The translations under genes and the position numbers were made by a program. Shown here one piece after another: positions 48,044 to 56,346 of a DNA stretch of 64,000 bases (positions within the stretch are counted from its first letter, which is position 1; each line of letters opens with the position of its first letter). Origin of the DNA: a virus (taxonomy: Duplodnaviria > Caudoviricetes). Under the pieces are notes generated by a model that saw nothing but the letters and a program-made list of their open reading frames with translations, made no database searches and had not been told where the DNA came from. The stretch is taken from positions 32,001 through 96,000 of the IMG/VR virus record IMGVR_UViG_3300001528_000208; one strand, written 5' to 3'.

Positions 48044-49017
48044 ACAAGGAAGGTTTTAAGAAACTTTGTCTGCCGGTCAAAGAAGATTTGCTTGCGTGGC
48101 TTTATCAGCAGTTAAGCGAATATTATGGGCTGGCGAACACGGTCAACGGTGGCGACTATCTGTTTTTCAGCGGCAACTGCCCGACAATGCTTTGTGCGCA
48201 TCTTGATACGGTGCATAAGCGTCAGCCGACCAAGATTGTCGATGATGGTAACAAGGTAAGTTCGCCCATGGGAATTGGCGGTGACGACCGCTGTGGCGTC
48301 TATTCCGTTCTTGCTGTGTTGAAGGCAACGGAAGAAAGCGGCAAGCGTCCGTATCTGTTTTTCAGCACGGATGAAGAAGTCGGCGGCGCGTCTACGAAGC
48401 GTGCGGCGCAGGATATCAAGGGTCGTGTAGCTGGCGTCGGCTACATGATTCAGATTGACCGTCGTGGCAAGCAGGATTCGGTCTATTATAAGTGCGACAA
48501 CAAGCAGTTCAAGAAGTTCATTGACGAACACGGCTTTGTCGAAGCAAGCGGTTCGTTTACGGACATCTGCAATTTGTCACCCGTGTTTGACCTTGCAAGT
48601 GTCAATCTGTCGTGCGGCTATTATAGCGAACATCATCCCGAAGAGTATGTTATCTATACAGAATTGCAGGATACAATCGACAAGGTGGTGCAGATTATCG
48701 CCGACACCAAGGACGACATTATCTATCCGTATTGTGAAGCGAAGCCGAAGCCAACGCAGAATTACTATGGCAATAAAGGGTCGCACTTTTGGTCGAAATA
48801 CTATACGAAGGGTGACGAAGTTTTCACGAAGTACGGTTCCAGCGCCGTCTACAAGAAGCCGAATTACAGCAACCCAATTTCTGGCGTATATCTGCCCGCT
48901 TATCATTCGTTCATTGTGCTGGACGTCAAGGATGATTTTATCCAGATTGAATACAATGGCGAAAAAGTGTGGTCTACGTCTTGGAATTTTCAGCCTGACT
49001 ACGACAGCCTGTATTGA
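48040..49017 (+). CDS. M28/M20-type zinc peptidase with a C-terminal SH3-like extension
   Basis: AHLDTVH, GGDDRCG, DEEVGG, DRRG, GSFTD and GYY.EH motifs. Confidence 0.85.
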   Translation: MNKEGFKKLCLPVKEDLLAWLYQQLSEYYGLANTVNGGDYLFFSGNCPTMLCAHLDTVHKRQPTKIVDDGNKVSSPMGIGGDDRCGVYSVLAVLKATEESGKRPYLFFSTDEEVGGASTKRAAQDIKGRVAGVGYMIQIDRRGKQDSVYYKCDNKQFKKFIDEHGFVEASGSFTDICNLSPVFDLASVNLSCGYYSEHHPEEYVIYTELQDTIDKVVQIIADTKDDIIYPYCEAKPKPTQNYYGNKGSHFWSKYYTKGDEVFTKYGSSAVYKKPNYSNPISGVYLPAYHSFIVLDVKDDFIQIEYNGEKVWSTSWNFQPDYDSLY

Positions 49018-49042
49018 CAAAAACCAAAACGTGTGATATTAT
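49014..49042 (+). promoter_or_regulatory. SigA-type promoter of ncRNA-2
   Basis: TTGACA-17-TGATATTAT; overlaps the peptidase stop. Confidence 0.8.
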
Positions 49043-49050
49043 AATGGCAA

Positions 49051-49500
49051 CGGTTGAAACGTAGGCTTAGAAGCAGCCATCGTCTAAGGAGTTTATCGCG
49101 GGGCGAGTCTTGACGGTCTTTGTGCCGTGGGAAGTATCTGCTATTGCAATCATATAGAATGATATTTCTTGACCGCCTATGATTGCCGTGGATAATTTGG
49201 CGTAGTAGCACATCAACCGCATGGTGGAATGGCGGGTGACACCTAAAATAACCTCGCCACCATATCCCACAAGTTCCGCAATCGGGGCAGAGTGTAAAAT
49301 GCGAAAGCACACTTGGAAGGAAAGCCGTGGGATTAACAGCGCCCATTGAAATCCGTGCGAATATTATTAACATGGTAGAATCGCCTATCTGCAACGCCGC
49401 CACAACAACGTGGATGGCTATGCGTTAGGGCTACCGGCTAAACCGTCATTTCAAGACGGTAAGGATTAGCTGTTGCGAACCGCGAAAGTGGGATAGCGGG
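49051..49500 (+). ncRNA. Putative structured ncRNA-2 (~450 nt) with a 23S rRNA GTPase-centre-like domain
   Basis: GTAGGCTTAGAAGCAGCCATCGTCTAAGGAGT...GGCGTAGTAGCACA closed by CGGTTGA/TCAACCG. Lies between two promoters with no credible ORF. Confidence 0.75.
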
Positions 49501-49506
49501 AAGCAC

Positions 49507-49535
49507 TTGACAAAATGTAAAGTGTGTGTTATTAT
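49507..49535 (+). promoter_or_regulatory. SigA-type promoter of tRNA-Glu
   Basis: TTGACA-17-TGTTATTAT. Confidence 0.8.
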
Positions 49536-49552
49536 AATAACATAAAGCAAAT

Positions 49553-49628
49553 GGCCCCGTGGTCAAGTGGTCTAAGACTCCGCCCTTTCAAGGCGGCAAC
49601 GGCAGTCCGAATCTGCTCGGGGCTACCA
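49553..49628 (+). tRNA. tRNA-Glu(TTC)
   Basis: Acceptor GGCCCCG/CGGGGCT, anticodon arm CCGCC-CTTTCAA-GGCGG, T-loop TCCGAAT, encoded CCA. Confidence 0.92.
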
Positions 49629-49780
49629 GATTGTGAAATTCAAGCGGCGAAAGCCAAGCCACCGTTACAGCCGGTATTGACAAAATCCAAAATGTGTGCT
49701 ATATTATTATCATGGTGTGAACAGGTTGGTCGCCTGTGAACATAAATTCAAAATTTTGAAAGTAAGAAAGGAAAAAGACT

Positions 49781-50167
49781 ATGATTCGTAATTTCAGAGA
49801 CATCGACGCCGGTAGCATCATCATCTCCAAGAAGGGCAAGCAGTACATCGTTTTGACCGACGGTGAAAACAACAAGGGCCTGTTCGACAAGAACGGCGTT
49901 TGGAGCCGCGTCAACTACGACACGCTGACCTTCGGCAAGAACGACAGCGGCGAAGTCAAGGAAGTCAAGCAGTTCCGCACTCTTCCTGCCCTTGATCGCA
50001 TCAGTGAGGCGGTGAAGTACCAGTACACCAGCCGCACCGCCTGTGCGCCGCTGACTACGGTTTACACCGCCGAGCCCGCCGAGGTCACTGCCGCCCGCAA
50101 GGCGCTTGCTGACGCTCAGGCTGCCGCTGACCGTGCCCGTGCCGTCATGGCTGCCTACGGTTTCTAA
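49781..50167 (+). CDS. Hypothetical protein (codon bias suggests high expression)
   Basis: Own promoter at 49677-49705; strong RBS; hairpin at 50187-50210 downstream. Confidence 0.75.
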   Translation: MIRNFRDIDAGSIIISKKGKQYIVLTDGENNKGLFDKNGVWSRVNYDTLTFGKNDSGEVKEVKQFRTLPALDRISEAVKYQYTSRTACAPLTTVYTAEPAEVTAARKALADAQAAADRARAVMAAYGF

Positions 50168-50217
50168 GCCGTAGAAATTCCCCAGCGGGAAGTGGCGTAA
50201 GCCACTTCCCTATATAT

Positions 50218-50293
50218 GGCGCACTCGTCTAAAGTTAGGATGCCGCCTTCTCACGGCGGAGATAGAAGTTGCAATTCCTTCTGTGCGTCACCA
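50218..50293 (+). tRNA. tRNA-Glu(CTC), atypical T-arm
   Basis: Acceptor GGCGCAC/GTGCGTC, anticodon arm CCGCC-TTCTCAC-GGCGG, encoded CCA, terminator immediately downstream. Confidence 0.82.
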
Positions 50294-50397
50294 AGGCGTA
50301 GAAATACGCCTTTTTCTATGGGTGTTGACAAAAACAAAATATAGTGCTATTATAATAGCATAGGCAAGCAAAACATAAAACATTAAAACGGAGGTCT

Positions 50398-51948
50398 ATG
50401 AAAATGGCAGAGATTGTCAAAAAGGTTGAGTGTAAGGAAGATGCGTGGTCGAACGTTCCGCCGCATCTTCGCGGCATTCAGGATGGCGACGTTCTGGTTA
50501 TCAATCGCTTTGAAAGTGGCAAGCGGTATCCCGAGGAACTTCTTTGGTGCAAGGGTCTGTTTCTTCTTGCTGATGATTATATGCGTTGGCAGTTTGACAG
50601 TCCCGATGGCATCGCGCTGACTATCAATGACGAAATTCCCGCCGAGCGTCAGGCGCTTGTTCGTGAAAACGGTTTCGATGGTGATTTCAAGGTTGGCTTT
50701 GATGCCGTGGTTTTCCCTGAAAACCTCTCGTTCCGTGACAAGGAACCCGAAGTCGAAGCTGAAAAGCCCGCCATGAAAAACTATAGCATCCATCATGACG
50801 TGCAGGATGAAGATATCATCAAGGAAATGATGGGCAAGGTCGATAAAGAAAGGTTTCGCAAACTTTGCCAAGTCGCTGTCGGCAATGGCAAAAAGACTTC
50901 TAACGAAGCCATCGACATTCTTCTGCGCAAGTGGGCAGAAGCGAAGTACGATTACTACGTCGCTTTCGGGCATCAGTTGATTATCCGCACGCCCATCGAA
51001 TATACCATGGATGCGAACGAAATGCGTCCGATGGTCTATGACCTGTATAAGACATGGCCTCAGTATGCCGCGTCTATCGACAAGGTTGTTGAATCTGGCG
51101 GTCGTGATGGCATCGACTACTTCACGAAGAACGAAATGCCGAAGTGTGATTTCTTCAAGACCTATGCCCCCGACGTTTATAAGAAGGGCATGAAGATTTC
51201 CAAGTTCTTCAGCCAGCTTTTCAAGAACGAAAAGTTCGACATCGACTTCAGCAAGGTCATGCAGAATCGCATGATTAAGGGCTTCGTCTGCATCAGCATT
51301 GACCCGTATGACTTCATGACTTCGGGTACGAATATGCACGGCTGGTCTACCTGCCAGAAGCTGTACGGTTCTATGAACTATGGTACAGTCCAGTGGATTT
51401 GGGACCCGAACGCGCTGATTGCGTATCGCGACAACGGCAAGACATATCTGTATGACCGCATCGTGGCGAAGCAGGACGGCGAACGCGACGAATATACGTT
51501 CGGTAAGAACCAGTTCGAGGGCAATTCCAAGTCTTGGCGTCAGATTATCAACGGCGACCGCATGAACTGCACGTTCCTGTTTGGTCGTGAATATCCCCAG
51601 CACAAGGACATCGAAGTTGTGTCTGAAAAGGCGCGTGAACTGCTGGAAAACACCATCGGTTCCTATATCGGCGTGACCGATTGGGATAACTATGGCGATT
51701 TGAAGCGGATTCACAGCGAAAAGTATTTCGGTAACAAGCCCGTGTACGCTGACGTGACGAACCATCACTACAGCGACATCCACGAGTGGGAATCCTTGAA
51801 GCGTTCTTATCCCGAAATTAAGAAGGCTTTGGTTTCCCCGCACAACACGGATATGTCCAAGGTGCAGGTGACTGCCGGCGGCAAGCTGTACTGCCTTTGC
51901 TGTGGCAAGGAAATCAAGAACAACGCCGTGTTCGATAATTGTCAGTGA
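50398..51948 (+). CDS. Hypothetical protein (516 aa), paralog of the next gene
   Basis: Own promoter at 50325-50353; SIDPYD...S....W.TC motif; C-terminal CLCCG. Confidence 0.8.
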   Translation: MKMAEIVKKVECKEDAWSNVPPHLRGIQDGDVLVINRFESGKRYPEELLWCKGLFLLADDYMRWQFDSPDGIALTINDEIPAERQALVRENGFDGDFKVGFDAVVFPENLSFRDKEPEVEAEKPAMKNYSIHHDVQDEDIIKEMMGKVDKERFRKLCQVAVGNGKKTSNEAIDILLRKWAEAKYDYYVAFGHQLIIRTPIEYTMDANEMRPMVYDLYKTWPQYAASIDKVVESGGRDGIDYFTKNEMPKCDFFKTYAPDVYKKGMKISKFFSQLFKNEKFDIDFSKVMQNRMIKGFVCISIDPYDFMTSGTNMHGWSTCQKLYGSMNYGTVQWIWDPNALIAYRDNGKTYLYDRIVAKQDGERDEYTFGKNQFEGNSKSWRQIINGDRMNCTFLFGREYPQHKDIEVVSEKARELLENTIGSYIGVTDWDNYGDLKRIHSEKYFGNKPVYADVTNHHYSDIHEWESLKRSYPEIKKALVSPHNTDMSKVQVTAGGKLYCLCCGKEIKNNAVFDNCQ

Positions 51949-51965
51949 CCTCCGTTTGAAGATTG

Positions 51966-51995
51966 GGGTGGGTGTAGTCACCCACCCTTTTCTTC
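51966..51995 (+). terminator. Intrinsic terminator
   Basis: GGGTGGGTG-TAGT-CACCCACCC followed by TTTT. Confidence 0.75.
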
Positions 51996-52051
51996 TTGAC
52001 AAAATAACTTTTTAGCGCTATAATATAAGTACAATAAGGTAAAAGGAGTAC

Positions 52052-53134
52052 ATGGCAATGGCTGTTTCTTCGGAAATTAAAAAGGAAATGCTGGCGGCGG
52101 TCGATAAGAAAGCGTTCATGGAAGCCGTCAGAATCACTGCTGAAATTGACGTGAAAACAATTTCGCGCAAGCAGGTGAATGAATATCTGCGTCAATGGGT
52201 TGATGCAAAGGCGTGGATGTTTGAACTGTTCGGGCATAAGACGCGCTTGATTCGAGAAGTCGAAATTCCCGCAGACAACGAAACGATGCGGTCTAATATT
52301 GAAGAACTTTGCCGCAAGTATCCGCAGTATGCGGCGACCATTAGCGAACTGCGAACGGAAGATTTCTGCGAAGGCGTTATTAACAGAACAACAAGCAAGA
52401 CGCTGACGTGGCTGTTTCCCCGCGTCTATCGCAAGGGCGCAAAGACGTCTAAGGTTCTGTCAAAGATTCTAAACGACTACGACTTCGATGTGGAACTGTC
52501 AAAGGTTTTGCAGAACAATATGGTCAAGGGTCGCGCAATCGTCAGTATTGACCCTGTGGATATGGTCATGCTGTCCACTAACACGCACAAGTGGGGCAGT
52601 TGTATGTCCATTCTGTATGACCGCAACGACCGCACACAGAATCGTGGTGGCTTTAATAAGGTCGGCGGATTTTCTTTGATGCGCGATGATTGTACTACCG
52701 TCGCATATCTTGACCACAATAAGACAGCCGTGTTTGCGAACGATTTCGGTTCATTTGAATGGACGGATATGATTTTCCGTCAGTTGCTGACCATTGACAA
52801 GAACGACCTGACCAACGTGGTCTATGGTCATTATAACGGTACGCCCAGCGATGCAATTCGTGACGTTTGGGGCGAAATGCTTCGCGAAGTTATGGGTGGC
52901 GAAAATTGGACGATGAATGATACGGGCTATTATGGATTCCATAAGCAATGTGCAGGGTTCTATTATGACACCATGAATACACATTGGTACGGTTCGTCTA
53001 AGCCTAAAGACCGTACAATCGGTGTAAAACAGCTTTTCTGTGTCTGCTGTGGAAAGAAATTTGAACGTCTACATCAATATAAGAACTGGTTATCCTGTTC
53101 GGATGGTTGCAAGACCAAGGAGGACAAAAAATGA
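52052..53134 (+). CDS. Hypothetical protein (360 aa), paralog of 50398..51948
   Basis: Promoter at 51996-52024; PQYAA, SKV.QN.M.KG, SIDPVD...S....WGSC, RQ and CVCCG motifs. Confidence 0.8.
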   Translation: MAMAVSSEIKKEMLAAVDKKAFMEAVRITAEIDVKTISRKQVNEYLRQWVDAKAWMFELFGHKTRLIREVEIPADNETMRSNIEELCRKYPQYAATISELRTEDFCEGVINRTTSKTLTWLFPRVYRKGAKTSKVLSKILNDYDFDVELSKVLQNNMVKGRAIVSIDPVDMVMLSTNTHKWGSCMSILYDRNDRTQNRGGFNKVGGFSLMRDDCTTVAYLDHNKTAVFANDFGSFEWTDMIFRQLLTIDKNDLTNVVYGHYNGTPSDAIRDVWGEMLREVMGGENWTMNDTGYYGFHKQCAGFYYDTMNTHWYGSSKPKDRTIGVKQLFCVCCGKKFERLHQYKNWLSCSDGCKTKEDKK

Positions 53135-53778
53135 AAAATGTGATTCTTTTTTCTACGCATTGCGCCGACAAGCGCCTGAACAATCGCGTGAACGACTGGC
53201 TGAATAAGCACGGCAAGAATCGTCGCATTGCTGTTATCCCGTCCTATTGGCAGGCGACCACCCGCGAGTATCCGCCCTACTTCGCCGCCAAGATGGGCTT
53301 TGAAGAATACATCATTTGCCCTGTTGGCGAAAACTTCGACAAGAAGTGCTGGGAATATGCGTTGGAAAGCGACGCAATCCTTTTAGAAGGAGGGAACACG
53401 TTTGTCGAATGGACTATGATTCATTTCCGTGGTCTTGATAATGACTTGCGCAAGTTCGCCAATCGCGGTATCCTGATGGGCATTTCTGCCGGTTCGCACA
53501 TCATCAGCCCAACCATCGACCTTGCATCTGTTGCTGACGACAACTATCTTTGTCTTGCTGGCGACGAACTGAACAGCCTTTGTCTTACCGATTTTCTTGT
53601 AAAGCCGCACGCTGGCGGGTGGATGGAACACAAGGCGCTGTTCCGCAACTATGCGACCAAGTACAACAAGCCGGTTTTTATGATTGATGAAGGTCAGGCG
53701 GTGTGGGTTTGCGACCACGGCGTCCGCGAATATGGCGGGCATATCACAAAATTCTTACCATACAAGGACGGTGCGTGA
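53131..53778 (+). CDS. Peptidase S51 (peptidase E)/class I GATase-like protein
   Basis: LEGGNTF, GISAG and PH motifs. Confidence 0.85.
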   Translation: MKNVILFSTHCADKRLNNRVNDWLNKHGKNRRIAVIPSYWQATTREYPPYFAAKMGFEEYIICPVGENFDKKCWEYALESDAILLEGGNTFVEWTMIHFRGLDNDLRKFANRGILMGISAGSHIISPTIDLASVADDNYLCLAGDELNSLCLTDFLVKPHAGGWMEHKALFRNYATKYNKPVFMIDEGQAVWVCDHGVREYGGHITKFLPYKDGA

Positions 53779-54107
53779 TGGAAATTGCTTGTTCCTGTGA
53801 CATTGTGCGCAACAATAATCCAAAATCTAACCGCTTCGGTCAGTGTGGGATTGTCTTGACAACATCGACCGCGTGTGCTTATGTCAATTATCAAGATGGC
53901 AAAACCGTTTATTGCGCCGTCAAAAATTTTGTGCTTGTTAAGCACTTTGAACTTCGTGAAAAGATAGGCAACGAAGCTGTTTTTGCCCGTACATATTGGG
54001 GGAGTCTTGAATTTATTGATGAATACGGTCGCAGAAGACGCCTTAGCCGTGATGAAATGTGGAAGTTGGCGCAGAAATATATCCGTCGCGCCGCCGTGGT
54101 GGTTTGA
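53778..54107 (+). CDS. Hypothetical protein, C-terminus AVVV
   Basis: TGATG-coupled; KOW-like N-terminal half. Confidence 0.6.
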   Translation: MEIACSCDIVRNNNPKSNRFGQCGIVLTTSTACAYVNYQDGKTVYCAVKNFVLVKHFELREKIGNEAVFARTYWGSLEFIDEYGRRRRLSRDEMWKLAQKYIRRAAVVV

Positions 54108-54148
54108 CAAATCATCAACTTTCTGCTATTATAATATAGGTGATGAAA

Positions 54149-54355
54149 ATGAACAGAATTAAAATCGGCGACAAGGTTCTAATCAAAGGCAATTCACGAA
54201 TCCACCACAGCCTGCTTGTTCCATCTATTGCAGAAGTTATCGGTATGGATGCTGTCAGTTTCAATGTTTTTGGGCATGACATCAATGGCAGGACATATAG
54301 CCAGTGGATTTCACCCATTGATATTGAACTGGTAAGAAAGGCGGTGATTGTATGA
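54149..54355 (+). CDS. Small SH3/KOW-like protein, C-terminus AVIV
   Basis: IKIGDKV.I.GNS..HH; promoter at 54104-54132. Confidence 0.7.
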   Translation: MNRIKIGDKVLIKGNSRIHHSLLVPSIAEVIGMDAVSFNVFGHDINGRTYSQWISPIDIELVRKAVIV

Positions 54356-54762
54356 CGCGCGAAGAAAAGAATCAGCACGTTGAGTTTATGAATGACGCGC
54401 TTTGCGACCTTTGTTCCACCTATCAGGATTGCACTTGTGACGGCTGTGAATTTGCGCGCTACATTTCCGTCAACGGTCGTGCCGGCACAATCATTTCTTC
54501 CACCGACATGGGCGACTGGATTGATATGGCGGTGTATATCGAAGGCATTATTTGCCAAGTCATGATGGCTGACGGGAAGCCTGTCGCTATCTGTGATGAC
54601 GTCGGTCTTGTCCGCCTTGGTGATGCCAAAGCAAGCGACGTGGCTGATTTCGCAAGCAATTATGCTGAATTTGACGAAAACGAATGGAACGATTCTTTGC
54701 CGTGCTGGTGGAATGATTCGTTTGGATGTTGGGAAGAGGTAATCGAAAATGCCGGTAAATGA
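54352..54762 (+). CDS. Cys-rich acidic hypothetical protein
   Basis: LCDLC....C.CDGC.F. Confidence 0.65.
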   Translation: MTREEKNQHVEFMNDALCDLCSTYQDCTCDGCEFARYISVNGRAGTIISSTDMGDWIDMAVYIEGIICQVMMADGKPVAICDDVGLVRLGDAKASDVADFASNYAEFDENEWNDSLPCWWNDSFGCWEEVIENAGK

Positions 54763-55030
54763 TTACAATATAGACCGTCTAACCGGAAGAATCTGCGAAG
54801 AATTTATGTCTTGCGAAGATTGTCCGCTTTATCCCCACAAATATCCAACACAAGAACGTATCGAACAGGGCGACCCGACTTTTTGGTGCGATGATGCGTC
54901 TTGGAAAGATGCTGAAATTTCTGCCACGCTTGCATTTCAAGATTTGCTGAAAAATCATCCCGAACTTCGCAAAAAATTTACCGCAGAAGATATCCGCGAA
55001 ATTGGCGTTATGAAAGGGACAATCTTATGA
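54749..55030 (+). CDS. Small Cys-rich protein, C-terminus GTIL
   Basis: IC....CEDCPL. Confidence 0.7.
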   Translation: MPVNDYNIDRLTGRICEEFMSCEDCPLYPHKYPTQERIEQGDPTFWCDDASWKDAEISATLAFQDLLKNHPELRKKFTAEDIREIGVMKGTIL

Positions 55031-55263
55031 AATACGATGGCGAATATCTGCGCGGTTTCATTTGCCGTAATTATATGTGCGACCTTTGCCCACTGACCAA
55101 TAGCGACGATTGTTATTATCGCTGTCGCAAAAACACGCCCGCGACAAGCGAACTTTTGAAAGCTGTTGGAACCTACATGAACACAAAGACACCCGCACAG
55201 CGTAAACAATGCAGTCGTGTTAACGCCATTATGGCGAAATATATAAAGGCGGTGGTGCTGTGA
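55027..55263 (+). CDS. Small Cys-rich protein, C-terminus AVVL
   Basis: IC...MCDLCPL. Confidence 0.7.
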   Translation: MKYDGEYLRGFICRNYMCDLCPLTNSDDCYYRCRKNTPATSELLKAVGTYMNTKTPAQRKQCSRVNAIMAKYIKAVVL

Positions 55264-55730
55264 TGGAAAAGATTTTATATACCTGCCCATTAGGTTTTTT
55301 AATCGCATTATTTATCCCTGTCGCTGTCCTTTTTGTAGGCGCGGTTCGCGAAGCCTATGTTTCCACAAAGAAAGCAATACAAAAGAATCGCCTTAAAAAG
55401 TTTATTAAAGACAATGAACAAAAAGCTGTCCCCTGCCATTGTGGTGGTCATGCGTATATTGAACACCGCTTCGGTGAATTTTACCACATCGGATGCACGG
55501 GTTGTGTTACCGGCTTCACGGACGAAGATATTCCAAAACTTGTCAAGATGTGGAACGACGTCCAAAGCCTTAAAGCTGGCGATTATGTTGACGCAGGTGT
55601 TTTTAAGGGGCGCGTTCAATCAATATCTTGCGGCGAAGCCTATGTTTATGCAGATGTCTATAACACCTATGTCGAAGTTCCGCTGTCCTATTTGAAGAAA
55701 ATCAGACCGTCGTCTGCAAAGGTGGTGTAG
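55263..55730 (+). CDS. TM plus Lar-like Zn ribbon plus KOW-like protein, C-terminus AKVV
   Basis: PCHCGG...CTGC....WN; AGDYV..G.F.G.V. Confidence 0.65.
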   Translation: MEKILYTCPLGFLIALFIPVAVLFVGAVREAYVSTKKAIQKNRLKKFIKDNEQKAVPCHCGGHAYIEHRFGEFYHIGCTGCVTGFTDEDIPKLVKMWNDVQSLKAGDYVDAGVFKGRVQSISCGEAYVYADVYNTYVEVPLSYLKKIRPSSAKVV

Positions 55731-55731
55731 T

Positions 55732-55947
55732 ATGAAAACTGGAACCGCGCGTCAAGGTATGCGCGTCAGAATCATCGGCAATCACAATAACCACGGATTT
55801 AAAATTGGCAAAGTGGTAACGCTTCTGGAAAAGGCGTGGTACCCGCCTGACGACCGTGGTTATTCGTTCTATGTAAGATATAGAAAGGGTGTTTTACACA
55901 GCGTTCGTGAAATTGACATAGTGCCGGTCAACGCCACCGTGGTATAG
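55732..55947 (+). CDS. Small SH3/KOW-like protein, C-terminus ATVV
   Basis: GMRVRIIGNHNNHGFKIG.VV; paralog of 61009. Confidence 0.7.
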   Translation: MKTGTARQGMRVRIIGNHNNHGFKIGKVVTLLEKAWYPPDDRGYSFYVRYRKGVLHSVREIDIVPVNATVV

Positions 55948-56006
55948 CTTGACAAGTCAACTTTTTGATGGTACAATATAAGCATGATAAGGAAAGGGGT
56001 ACTACC

Positions 56007-56342
56007 ATGAAAAATTTTCGCACAAGAAATTCCATCATCCTGTTCTTCGGTATCGCGCTAATTGTTGTTGTAGCTATTGCGTCCACTTCATGCGTGAAAA
56101 ATGACCCGCAACCGTCAGTTGACAACCTGTATCCGCACGTTGCCGTGGTTGTCGATACCGACGAAGTTGACGACAGTGTTTATTTATGCGACTTTAACGG
56201 CGAACTTTGGAAGTTCTACGGTGTCGAGGACTGGATGGTTGGCGATATCGCCGCCATGATTATGGACGACCGTGGAACGCCTGAAATTGCTGGCGACAGA
56301 ATTGTTTCAGTTCGCTATTGTGGCAGTATTGCCGTGGGGTGA
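56007..56342 (+). CDS. Putative exported or lipoprotein-like protein
   Basis: N-terminal hydrophobic segment followed by Cys; promoter at 55949-55977. Confidence 0.65.
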   Translation: MKNFRTRNSIILFFGIALIVVVAIASTSCVKNDPQPSVDNLYPHVAVVVDTDEVDDSVYLCDFNGELWKFYGVEDWMVGDIAAMIMDDRGTPEIAGDRIVSVRYCGSIAVG

Positions 56343-56346
56343 AATT

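Noticed and set aside
49051-49500. A genuine 23S rRNA gene or host rRNA contamination/chimera
   Set aside because: Similarity is limited to short modules, is interrupted by a ~100-nt insert and has replaced closing helices. It sits between phage-type promoters, with phage genes on both sides.
49629-49676. HDV-like (theta) ribozyme after tRNA-Glu
   Set aside because: I could not fit the nested double pseudoknot; only a GGC-GAAA-GCC hairpin is evident.
49524-49739. 71-aa ORF in the track
   Set aside because: Overlaps a promoter and the tRNA-Glu gene; no RBS.
50383-52002. 539-aa minus-strand ORF (also 1962..3035, 11009..12016 and 12498..13667)
   Set aside because: Antisense shadows of codon-biased + strand genes; no RBS, promoter or recognisable motifs.
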